IMG/VR virus record: IMGVR_UViG_3300036770_007703
Location: 1-64,000 of that record
Strand: one strand, 5' to 3'
Source: a virus
Length of the DNA stretch: 64,000 bases
Of this stretch, positions 28,501 through 36,323 are shown piece after piece. Numbering within the stretch: the stretch's first letter is position 1; each line of letters starts with the position of its first letter. Made by a program: the position numbers and the translations under genes. The notes beneath the pieces are model-generated. The model was given only the letters and a program-made list of their open reading frames with translations. It did not search any database and was not told where the DNA came from.

Positions 28501-29452
28501 TACTGTGCTGGATGCCGAGCGTCAAAAAGACATGGAAGATGTACCTCTCTACACCACCACCGGTGAATACGAAGTGTACGACCGAAGCACTGGCACCCGA
28601 GGTGACCGAGACAGTTTCACAGTGATCGATACTTTCCGTGCCGACAGCGATGAACAAGCTCTGGAGATCGCACAGCAAAAATGGTCAGGCAAAGGCATCA
28701 GCTTTGGTGTGCGTGTGAAAGTAGTGGAGCCCGAAGGTAAAAAATCTTCCAGCCGCAGAGCCGAACTGGCCAAGCGTGTGACCCGCAGCACGCGGGATGT
28801 GGGCGAGCAACTGTGGCGCGTGAATCATCACAGCAGTGTCCGGTATGTGACAGCACGCAGCCAGGCCGAGGCCGTGAAAAAAGCCGTGAAGATGGATCGT
28901 GCATTCAACGATGTCGAGACCCGTGCCAGGATCGCCACCGATCAGGAAAAGATGCAATATCAGCAGGATCAGGAACGTGAGCGGTTGAGAAACGTGGCCT
29001 CGGGCGCGGTCGAAACACTCCGTAACACCAGCAGAGACCCCAATGCCAACTGGGCCATCGCTCGCAAACACAACGACGAAATCGTGATACCTTTCACTAG
29101 GAATACACAGCAAGAGGCCGAAAAGTACTTTAGAGACTGGATACAGGACAGAGTCGGTGGGCCCGATCAGTACAAATTGGTGCAGCTGGCTTCATCGGCC
29201 CAGCTCGGCCAACAGCAGGCTCTGGCTCGTGAACTAGAGCAGATGGCGGATTTACACAATCGAGCGATGGATGATGCCCAGGGTGAATGGACCGGTCATT
29301 GGATCGTGAGAGATGCCTCGGGACGAGAACTCACTAGATTCCACGGTATAGGCAACAATCAAAGCGATGCCAACCGTTATGCCATGAACTGGCTGCGACA
29401 AAACCCAGGACACATGCAGACAGGTGTCGAAGTAGTTCCGGAGATGCAGTGA
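25577..29452 (+). CDS. Large polyvalent protein: zincin metallopeptidase + amidoligase (COOH-NH2 ligase) domain + short modules
   Basis: RTLAHEMTH (HExxH); GFEAE...IEPDSSL...LEVVSPP...TNSSTGLH...YIEFR amidoligase motifs. TAAATA at 25565. Confidence 0.75.
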   Translation: MQIHELGPSPEYPKPLYVQELARFWRTSSEQERMAMRVALKMKDRDAVMRLLTPYTDAALAEARRKKGRKASQRPKKKFQYGVYGGWFYPGYHNNSGADSSSSDSGAEGGGGESIHENTENPQDIIERFSKSCCQYLGLKNAPRIRLRRDPEWTRRNGTFGRYIAEPHNTIELATAGRHIIDILRTLAHEMTHAAQNERVGLPDHAGETGSEFEDGANAMAGRIMRHWAEQEPELFQGMDLDENWRRTAGAAAAAACIAGTPGCATTKGVSGMDALRTIQTVGRAAQNLPTRAGAEEELRQELKNIINKGRGTHVEPRIKETVATPVKKNKDAHQDYYNFLKAKRIAGRPLSRQEQQFLISFAALKNIRSKEVAESSGYIPTAAEKNDPRFSMALTVDVRPGETGRQANKLGLKTDSEGRPALLMKRLENLLESVKTDEDCWSGYQQQGMKKKGNRQVPNCVPVAEDEELMEVEMSPSAFKKFLNSPEAEGIRAGFEAELIFRNAQHDSDSGESEPDWDMDERTGSIQDIIAFFQGGENGMTGRQADRLNQELTEQFMDWAREEFANNYFDQDRFMSWAEENVWPDDADSYREDARANLDDEDATDEDVEKEAVTLFRDDVERDWDRSGAWYEMASEELFDEFMGDLDESDWLDSAGLRYMSDVSNEYSLDWPYWTEGSGGGGERDWQEIGNSLARATSRDVKVSSGYHNTRRGDYYVIEPDSSLDSDDSEDFGLEVVSPPMPLPEAIEQLNKVIDWANGDGDAYTNSSTGLHMGVSLPFKGEDVDPIKLILFMGDKNILETFGRESNTYARSAYDKLQSKLKSLRYSNSENFENALSLMKGNLIELAERELKRGVLGEKYVSVNPHDGYIEFRGPGGDYLSKESEIDGVLENTMLRLAYAMSIAGRPDLYRREYAKKLYKVLTGYKGAEISKGAQDTRYKTRIETEGENPFMRLFADYSAGVISGDELKRQWADTVLDAERQKDMEDVPLYTTTGEYEVYDRSTGTRGDRDSFTVIDTFRADSDEQALEIAQQKWSGKGISFGVRVKVVEPEGKKSSSRRAELAKRVTRSTRDVGEQLWRVNHHSSVRYVTARSQAEAVKKAVKMDRAFNDVETRARIATDQEKMQYQQDQERERLRNVASGAVETLRNTSRDPNANWAIARKHNDEIVIPFTRNTQQEAEKYFRDWIQDRVGGPDQYKLVQLASSAQLGQQQALARELEQMADLHNRAMDDAQGEWTGHWIVRDASGRELTRFHGIGNNQSDANRYAMNWLRQNPGHMQTGVEVVPEMQ

Positions 29453-31074
29453 TGAGAGATTTATTGAACAAATTAGATGAAGTGTTGCTCGTTGAAAAAG
29501 CCCGGGGTCTGTTGTATCGTGATCCCGGTGATACATTTTTCCAAGGCACACTACAGTCTCCCACGGCCGAGATCGTGTTCCGCGATCTAGACTACTATCC
29601 GTCACAGCCCGGGGCCTATGACAGCTACGAAGAGATGGCCCAGGCCGGACAAAAATTAGCTGCCCAGTATCCCAATGGCATCATCTGGAGCAATCGACCC
29701 GGTGCTCGCAGTCGTGCTTTTGCTGTGCTCACTTTTGATGGCCCCGGCAAAGGTGAGACCACCAGTTTTGGTAGATTCTTTGATCAAATCAAGCCCGACA
29801 TGTCGGGACTGTGGAAGAACAATGAGCTGCCTGGCAACTGGCAATTGAAAAAGGCCACCAGCCTCAAAGGCAGTTACTACAAACTCAAGCCTTCGGATCT
29901 GTTTCCACCCGAGAGCAAATTTGATTCACCTGCAGACTGCATCTCCGGCATCGGCAGCAATGCCGACGCTTCGTCCCCGGGGCAGGAACAGGCCATACAA
30001 CAGATACTACCTGGCATGCAGATGCTGCTGAAAAAGCAGTATCCGATTTTCTCCAACATTGACCCCAACATGATATCGGCTGTGAGAGATGACCTCGGTG
30101 AAACCATTGGTCCCATAGCCATGGTCCAGGGCATGATCAAAGATGCCACGCTGGACAAAGCTCGAATAGACATACTCGGACAACGTGGCACATTCGCCGG
30201 CAGCCAAATTTACTTTCCGGCCAGCAAGATCAACGGTTTGGTCGACAGCTATCTCCTGCAGCCAGGTGGCGTCGAAATCGGTGTTTCCAGCAAAGGCGAA
30301 AGCGGGGCCAAGGCGTCGGTGAAGAACATCGCCGATGGTGTGGTGCGTGCCCGAGAAAAAGGCATGACCGATCTCTTAGACCAATACGCTGATCAAGTCG
30401 AGATCATCGAGCGTGTGGGATCTCTGGGCAGCCGAGATTTGCCCTTGGTGCTGGGACAAGAGTACGGATACATCACCAAGAGCCAGGCCGCTGCCATACT
30501 CAAGCTGATAGATTCGGGTGCCAAAAATCTCAATTCTGTCAATGTTGACAGCGAAGATCGCAAGGTCCTGCAAGGTCTCATGGATGAATACAAGCCCAAG
30601 ACCGACAACCCCAAATACAACGTGGGCTACCATGTGTTGGCGGTGCTGGCCAAGAAAGTCATGACCGACATCAACAAGGATCCCAAATTTGGAGAAGCCT
30701 GTCTCAAGTTTCTCAACACCAGCCCCATCGTGCAACTGCACCTCAAGGGACGCGAAGGCAAGGATTCGTACACGGTGTCGGGTTTTGATGTCAAATATCC
30801 TCCGGATTTCCGTGGCACAGTGGCCTTGGATGCATCAAAGGTGTATGCGGCCACCGGCACCAATGGTCGTGTGAGCTTTGCCTACAATCCCACGGTCGAC
30901 GCCGAAGCCTTGGTATCACCCGCAGACGAGCCCGGGGACAGTCCGGCGGCCTCTTCAGCGGCTGCTGTAGATCAAGATTTCGAAACACCGCGATCCAATA
31001 TCAAAGCTCGCAGAGAACCAGCGAAACCCGCCGGTGATCAAGCAGTGCTGGGAAGACAGCGCAGATCACGGTAA
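29452..31074 (+). CDS. Hypothetical protein, possible PD-(D/E)xK nuclease-like
   Basis: MRDLLNKLDE leader; FP....GLVDSYL....EIGVSSK pattern. Confidence 0.55.
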   Translation: MRDLLNKLDEVLLVEKARGLLYRDPGDTFFQGTLQSPTAEIVFRDLDYYPSQPGAYDSYEEMAQAGQKLAAQYPNGIIWSNRPGARSRAFAVLTFDGPGKGETTSFGRFFDQIKPDMSGLWKNNELPGNWQLKKATSLKGSYYKLKPSDLFPPESKFDSPADCISGIGSNADASSPGQEQAIQQILPGMQMLLKKQYPIFSNIDPNMISAVRDDLGETIGPIAMVQGMIKDATLDKARIDILGQRGTFAGSQIYFPASKINGLVDSYLLQPGGVEIGVSSKGESGAKASVKNIADGVVRAREKGMTDLLDQYADQVEIIERVGSLGSRDLPLVLGQEYGYITKSQAAAILKLIDSGAKNLNSVNVDSEDRKVLQGLMDEYKPKTDNPKYNVGYHVLAVLAKKVMTDINKDPKFGEACLKFLNTSPIVQLHLKGREGKDSYTVSGFDVKYPPDFRGTVALDASKVYAATGTNGRVSFAYNPTVDAEALVSPADEPGDSPAASSAAAVDQDFETPRSNIKARREPAKPAGDQAVLGRQRRSR

Positions 31075-31081
31075 ATAGAAA

Positions 31082-31900
31082 ATGCGCCTTGTAGACTTGT
31101 TCGAAGATTCTCCCCGCGACCGATTTGAACGTGATCCCTCGGCCACGGGCAAGCTGGTGATCTTTGACATCGACGATACCTTGGTGAACACCACTACAAA
31201 AGTGGGTGTGCGCAGAAATGGCAAACTTGTCAAAAAACTCAACAGCCATGATTTCACGCACTACGAACTACAGCCCGGCGAAGAGTTTGACTTTGGAGGA
31301 TTCCGCGACGCTCGCGAATTCTACACACAGGCCCGACCCATCCCGGGCATGATCCGACAGCTCAAACAGGACATAGAGTCGGGCAACAAGGTGATAATGC
31401 TCACAGCACGCAGCGACTTCAATGATCGTGACGTGTTTCTGGATACATTCCGGCAGTACGGTATTGACATGGATCGCATACACGTTTACCGCGCCGGCAA
31501 TCTGGTCACCAAAGCCGCCACAGAAGAAAAGAAAAAGATAATCTTGAAGCATTTGCTGGGCAAGCATCCCTACGAAAAGGTCATCATGTATGACGACTCG
31601 GTGCCCAATCTCAATGCTTTCCTCAGCCTCAAGCAAGACTTTCCTTACACAGAATTCTATGCCTGGCATGTGGATCCCAATGGGCAGGCCGCGGAATATC
31701 ACAGAACCAATGCAGGCGTCAAAGAAAACTTTGCGGATGGTAAGGTCAAAGGTAAGAGTCGCCCTGGCCGTGTGAAGCGTAGTGGTGCTAGTTGTAAAGG
31801 CAGCGTCACAGACCTGCGTGCCCGGGCAAAAAAGTATGGTGGTGAGCGCGGCCGGATGTACCATTGGTGCGCTAACATGAAGAGCGGTAAGAATAAGTAA
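31082..31900 (+). CDS. HAD phosphatase (PNKP-like) fused to a basic module
   Basis: MRLVDLFE leader; IFDIDDTL, LTAR, MYDDS..NL; C-terminal ENFADGKVKGKSRPGR module. TAAATA at 31072. Confidence 0.8.
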   Translation: MRLVDLFEDSPRDRFERDPSATGKLVIFDIDDTLVNTTTKVGVRRNGKLVKKLNSHDFTHYELQPGEEFDFGGFRDAREFYTQARPIPGMIRQLKQDIESGNKVIMLTARSDFNDRDVFLDTFRQYGIDMDRIHVYRAGNLVTKAATEEKKKIILKHLLGKHPYEKVIMYDDSVPNLNAFLSLKQDFPYTEFYAWHVDPNGQAAEYHRTNAGVKENFADGKVKGKSRPGRVKRSGASCKGSVTDLRARAKKYGGERGRMYHWCANMKSGKNK

Positions 31901-31904
31901 ACAC

Positions 31905-32108
31905 ATGAGAGCGCGAGACTTCACCAACCGTCAGTTAAAAACACTGAACACTTATCGTGTTCGCCTGCGTTTAAAGCAACCGGGTGGGTATACCCAGCAG
32001 CTGGACACCACGATCATGGCGAGAAATCCCATGATGGCTAGACGCATGTTGCAACAGCAATACAGCAATCGCAATGTCATGGTAGGAAATCCCCGACTCA
32101 TCAAATAA
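31905..32108 (+). CDS. Small hypothetical protein with MRARDF leader
   Basis: TAAGTA upstream; leader motif. Confidence 0.7.
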   Translation: MRARDFTNRQLKTLNTYRVRLRLKQPGGYTQQLDTTIMARNPMMARRMLQQQYSNRNVMVGNPRLIK

Positions 32109-32128
32109 AACACGCGGATAAATACAAC

Positions 32129-32428
32129 ATGGGAAAAAAGAACAGTCCATGTTTTGTCCGTGCGGTGTTTGATCTCGACTGCGAATGGGAGGGATTGCCT
32201 CCGGTATATCGCATCTATTTCAACGAAGAGCTTTTTACCGAGCGTGAATGGAGATGGCAAAATGTCTATCTCCAGGAAAATCTGCGCATAATGGCACCTC
32301 CCGGACGTTACGTGGTGCGTATACAGCCCGTGGGCCCAAATCTAGCCATATTCAGACCCTCCAATCATCGTGTCATGGCCGGCAATGCCGAATGGATAAG
32401 ACCAGACATACTGGAGATACGTCGATGA
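32129..32428 (+). CDS. Hypothetical protein
   Basis: Follows TAAATA at 32119. Confidence 0.65.
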   Translation: MGKKNSPCFVRAVFDLDCEWEGLPPVYRIYFNEELFTEREWRWQNVYLQENLRIMAPPGRYVVRIQPVGPNLAIFRPSNHRVMAGNAEWIRPDILEIRR

Positions 32429-32601
32429 GAGCTCGAGAATTCATACGCGAAAACTCAGACAGTGTCACCAGCGGTGACATAGCCACAGCAGCGGCACCCA
32501 TTGGTGGAGTTATTAGTCGCATGTTGAAACCAGTGACAACTAAATATAGAAATGCTGTGACAAATTACACCCTGGAAAAGACAAAAAATGTTGGTAGATG
32601 A
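32425..32601 (+). CDS. Small protein with MRAREFIRE leader
   Basis: ATGA overlap; leader motif. Confidence 0.7.
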   Translation: MRAREFIRENSDSVTSGDIATAAAPIGGVISRMLKPVTTKYRNAVTNYTLEKTKNVGR

Positions 32602-33031
32602 CCTCAAAACACTGTTGGCCACGCAATATGCGTTCGTGATCAAAGCACAGTTCTTCCACTGGAACGTGGAAGGTCCTGACTTTGCACAATTACATCGATT
32701 CTTTGGCAAGATCTACGAAGAGGTGTACGAAAACAGCATAGACCAGACCGCAGAATTCATACGCATACTCGACGACTACACACCTGGCAGTTTTGAGAGA
32801 TTCGGCGAGCTCAGCCTCATCACTGGACAGATCAAGGTACCGCGTGCCAGTCTCATGATCCAGGAGCTCTTGGCCGACACACAGACCTTGATCGATCAGC
32901 TCAACACCACGTTTGATGCAGCCGAGGCCGAAGATCAACAGGGCATCATGGACTTCCTGGCCGGACGAATCGACGCCATGGGCAAACACCGTTGGATGCT
33001 GAAGAGTTTCCTGAAAGAAGATCGAGCATGA
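32588..33031 (+). CDS. dps: Dps/ferritin-like DNA protection protein
   Basis: FHWNVEGPDFAQLH..F..IYEE.....D..AE.IR.L ... KHRWML. Confidence 0.9.
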   Translation: MLVDDLKTLLATQYAFVIKAQFFHWNVEGPDFAQLHRFFGKIYEEVYENSIDQTAEFIRILDDYTPGSFERFGELSLITGQIKVPRASLMIQELLADTQTLIDQLNTTFDAAEAEDQQGIMDFLAGRIDAMGKHRWMLKSFLKEDRA

Positions 33032-33789
33032 AGATACGCGATGTCAAACAATTGCCGGCCCGCTTTCAGCCCGCCAATACATCACCGCAGCTGAGTGGTC
33101 CCTATCCCGGACGCAATGCCACACGCGGATATCTCGTAGGTGAAGACCAAGAACAAAATGTTTCGGAAGCTGGCTACAATCCCTTGGATGCGGAACGTCG
33201 CGAGCAACGTGCCATGGATCAAGAACGTCGGCAGTTCAAGAGAGATGAACTTGAATTTGAACTGGGCGGCGAAGAAGAGCGCATGCGTGCCTACAATGAA
33301 GGCACCTTCTATCTGCGCATCAACGGACGCATCTGGCGGCGAAATGGAGAACCTGTTGCTTTCCAAGGACGCCAGCATGCAGCACGCGCCGGACAGACCA
33401 TCAAGGATCGTGATCCTAAACGCGATGTGGTGATCACCCGTGATGCTCGAGATCAGACTCCGGTGTCTGAAGCACGTGATACCACCTACGAGGACATACT
33501 CAGTAGCCTACAGCGCAAACTGGGCGACTATCTACAGGATGTGGCCACTGCTGTGAAAAACGATCCCGACCTCCTGGACAAAAAGCCGCAGCTCAAAGAC
33601 ATACAAGCTGTGAAAACTCTGCGCACCGATGATGGGCACGAGATCAAGATACACGGCAACGAAGATGATGGATTCCGTATTTCGATCCGCAACCGAGACA
33701 TCCCCACACATTTCCGAGATCTCGATGAGGCCATCATGGCTTCGGAGATGTACTGCCAGCGCCGGCGTGATTATCGACAAGAAGCCTGA
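33028..33789 (+). CDS. Modular hypothetical protein
   Basis: MKIRDV start; modules bounded by LVGE, NVSE and PVSE. Confidence 0.7.
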   Translation: MKIRDVKQLPARFQPANTSPQLSGPYPGRNATRGYLVGEDQEQNVSEAGYNPLDAERREQRAMDQERRQFKRDELEFELGGEEERMRAYNEGTFYLRINGRIWRRNGEPVAFQGRQHAARAGQTIKDRDPKRDVVITRDARDQTPVSEARDTTYEDILSSLQRKLGDYLQDVATAVKNDPDLLDKKPQLKDIQAVKTLRTDDGHEIKIHGNEDDGFRISIRNRDIPTHFRDLDEAIMASEMYCQRRRDYRQEA

Positions 33790-33791
33790 TC

Positions 33792-34955
33792 ATGAACCTA
33801 CAAGATCTATTTGAGAACAACGAACCCACTGCCATGGCCCAGGCTGTGACACGGAGGATACTGAGCACACGCAGTGACCTCTTGAGCCGCTACGGAGTCG
33901 AAGCTGTGAGCCAGGCCATTGATGATGTCACAGGCGACGGTGATTGGGAAGAGATCGGCAGCTCAGACGTGAGTGCTTATGTGAGATATGTGGAAGATTA
34001 CCTGCGAGATCACCATGGCAGCCGCGAGGAGATGGCGGACCGAAAGCCATTCGCCGAACAAGGTGTCTCGGAAGGCTTCATAGACACCATAAAGGGTGCT
34101 GCCAAAGAACTCACCAGAGACAGCCTGCAGAAGAAGATCAAGCAGGCCTGGGAAAATACATTCTGGCCCCGGCATGTGGAGCCTGCACTGAACCGCATCC
34201 AGATCGATGGTCGACCATTCCGCAAAATGGTCTTGGGAGAGCCACGCATGATCGAAAATGATCGCAGCCAGCGTGCCTTGCTCAAGCAGTATACCGTGAA
34301 CATAGTGTTCCCCATCGACCCCCAGGACTGGTCCGGTGATGAGATCCGGTATCTAGAAGGACAACTGCAAGACATCCAAGATGGAGCATGGAATCCCAAG
34401 GTACAGGGGCTGGGATTGGTCAGTTTCGACCAGCCCATGAAGAGTTTCCAATATACCCGCAGCGAGACACCCGACCTTGTGATACCTGTGAGGATCACCA
34501 GCCTGGACATCAATCGAGGATTGGTGGGCGAGCAAGGTGTGGCGGAAAACCAACGCCGTTTCAACAACGTCAACGACGATGATCTCTATGCTGTAGATCC
34601 ACGAACCAAAGAGATCATAGCTCACCTTGGCAATCCCTACAACAATAGAACGGCTGTATTGATCAAAAAGAGACAGCATGAACAGCAGGGCCATGAGGTC
34701 ATGTCAGGCATGCGAGCTAAATTCAACAGAGATGTCAACGAGCAACAGATCCAAGAAGATCGTGTTGTGCCTGTGGTCGTCATTGGATCTGACAACAAGA
34801 AAATAGATCGTCGAATTCGTATCGCACCTGGCACCAAAGATCCCATACTTGCCATCATGAGATACTACGCCCGGCAAGGACAAGAACTTTACTCGGTGAA
34901 CGGCCAACGAGTGGGAGCGGGTGCTCTGGCCGAAGCAGACTCAGATCATGAATGA
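33792..34955 (+). CDS. Modular hypothetical protein with EQGV(S/A)E linkers
   Basis: MNLQDLFE leader; EQGVSE and EQGVAE repeats. Confidence 0.7.
   Translation: MNLQDLFENNEPTAMAQAVTRRILSTRSDLLSRYGVEAVSQAIDDVTGDGDWEEIGSSDVSAYVRYVEDYLRDHHGSREEMADRKPFAEQGVSEGFIDTIKGAAKELTRDSLQKKIKQAWENTFWPRHVEPALNRIQIDGRPFRKMVLGEPRMIENDRSQRALLKQYTVNIVFPIDPQDWSGDEIRYLEGQLQDIQDGAWNPKVQGLGLVSFDQPMKSFQYTRSETPDLVIPVRITSLDINRGLVGEQGVAENQRRFNNVNDDDLYAVDPRTKEIIAHLGNPYNNRTAVLIKKRQHEQQGHEVMSGMRAKFNRDVNEQQIQEDRVVPVVVIGSDNKKIDRRIRIAPGTKDPILAIMRYYARQGQELYSVNGQRVGAGALAEADSDHE
34056..34547 (+). repeat. Imperfect 18-bp direct repeat GAACAAGGTGTCTCGGAA / GAGCAAGGTGTGGCGGAA flanking a module
   Basis: Copies at 34056-34073 and 34530-34547, 15/18 identical. 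Confidence 0.65.
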
Positions 34956-35130
34956 TGGATTGTTGCGCGAGTATCGATTCGAAGTGATCGATCGCCAAGA
35001 GCGGATCACCGAATACTTGATCATGGCCAACAATTTTGAACAAGCCCGGCTTGATCTCAGCAAACTCATCATGCCCGACACTGTGATCAAACTGATCGAT
35101 CGACAGGCCAACCCGGATCGATATCTATGA
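34948..35130 (+). CDS. Small hypothetical protein
   Basis: Coupled ORF of 60 aa. Confidence 0.55.
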   Translation: MNDGLLREYRFEVIDRQERITEYLIMANNFEQARLDLSKLIMPDTVIKLIDRQANPDRYL

Positions 35131-35786
35131 GAGCAAAAGAATTCGCCCAATCAGTAAAAGAATATGAACAGGACACCACTCGATCAAACGAGATAGAGAG
35201 AGTGATGACTCGAGCCGGTTACAAAATGTTGGGTGGCGGTGCTGAGGCAACAGCATGGGCTCGACAGTCTGGACCAGTCATCAAAGTGATCATGCCTGAT
35301 GAACACATCATAAACACCGATCCGGCCATGCAGTCATTTAAACGTTTCTATAAACTTACTAAAAAATATCCCAGCAAACATTGGCCAATTTTTTACAGTA
35401 TGAAGGATGAGAATGGTGTCGCTTCAGAGTTCGCCAAGTTCCGAATCGGAAACAGAAAGTACATGCAAATAGCCATCGAGAGACTGCAAGAACTAACTCC
35501 CAGAGAAGAAGAACTTGTAGAAGAAATGTCATCGCTTATTGCTGATGGAACATCATACAAAGAGTTCGTGGAAGAAGAACTTCCAGTGATAAAAAGATTC
35601 AATCCACCCACATACAAAATAGCACAGGCAATAAAACTTCAGTTGCCCACGTTATGGGCTGCCATGGAAATGGCATACAAAAAATCAAGTCATAGATACG
35701 AGTGGGATCTACATGGCGGCAATGTCATGAAACGTGCAGATGGAACCCTGGTCATCACCGATCCTTTTATACAATGGGCAGGTTGA
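35127..35786 (+). CDS. Protein kinase-like (PKL fold) protein
   Basis: MRAKEF leader; LGGGAEA (Gly loop), VIK, DLHGGNVM catalytic loop, VITDP. Confidence 0.8.
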   Translation: MRAKEFAQSVKEYEQDTTRSNEIERVMTRAGYKMLGGGAEATAWARQSGPVIKVIMPDEHIINTDPAMQSFKRFYKLTKKYPSKHWPIFYSMKDENGVASEFAKFRIGNRKYMQIAIERLQELTPREEELVEEMSSLIADGTSYKEFVEEELPVIKRFNPPTYKIAQAIKLQLPTLWAAMEMAYKKSSHRYEWDLHGGNVMKRADGTLVITDPFIQWAG

Positions 35787-35787
35787 T

Positions 35788-36075
35788 ATGAGAGCCAGCG
35801 AATTCGTCACCGAAAAGTGGAGCCAAAAATACAAGCGTAGCATCAACTGTGATCGTCCCCGTGGATTCAGCCAGCGTGCGCATTGTGCTGGGCGCAAGAA
35901 AACCGACGAAGAAGAGCAATTGGATGAGCTGAATTTCTTGGGCAGTCCCTGTACCAAGGATTGCAGTGGGCATCGTGCCGGTTATGAATGGAGCCGTCGA
36001 AACGGAGGACGAGCTCCGGCTTCTTGGAGTCCCAGTTTCAACAAAGGTGCGGCTTTACAACGATCGGGCAAATAG
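35788..36075 (+). CDS. Small two-module Cys-containing basic protein
   Basis: MRASEFVTE leader; KWSQKYKRSINC..PRGFSQRAHC and CTKDCSGHRAGYEW modules. Confidence 0.75.
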   Translation: MRASEFVTEKWSQKYKRSINCDRPRGFSQRAHCAGRKKTDEEEQLDELNFLGSPCTKDCSGHRAGYEWSRRNGGRAPASWSPSFNKGAALQRSGK

Positions 36076-36089
36076 TGTATACTAAAGGC

Positions 36090-36323
36090 ATGCCCAAGAA
36101 TCCTGTGATTTTCGAAAGTCCCGATGGCGGACATACTGTGTACCAAAGAGAAATAGGCAGCGATCATCGAGAACTCATCATAGAGGACTCGACCATACTC
36201 ACTCAGCGCGAACGATTGGTGGAAAAACAGTTATGGCACAACATACTGGAGGCCAGCCGCAGCGATGCCGTGCTCCGAGAACTGTTGGATCGAGCTCTTG
36301 TCTACTATGAACTCAAAAAATAA
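36090..36323 (+). CDS. Hypothetical protein
   Basis: IFESPDGG.TVY.R motif; TATACT -10-like hexamer upstream. Confidence 0.65.
   Translation: MPKNPVIFESPDGGHTVYQREIGSDHRELIIEDSTILTQRERLVEKQLWHNILEASRSDAVLRELLDRALVYYELKK

Noticed and set aside
34056-34547. Insertion sequence or diversity-generating retroelement behind the direct repeats
   Set aside because: No transposase, integrase or reverse transcriptase is in the window, and the repeats are short and in frame.
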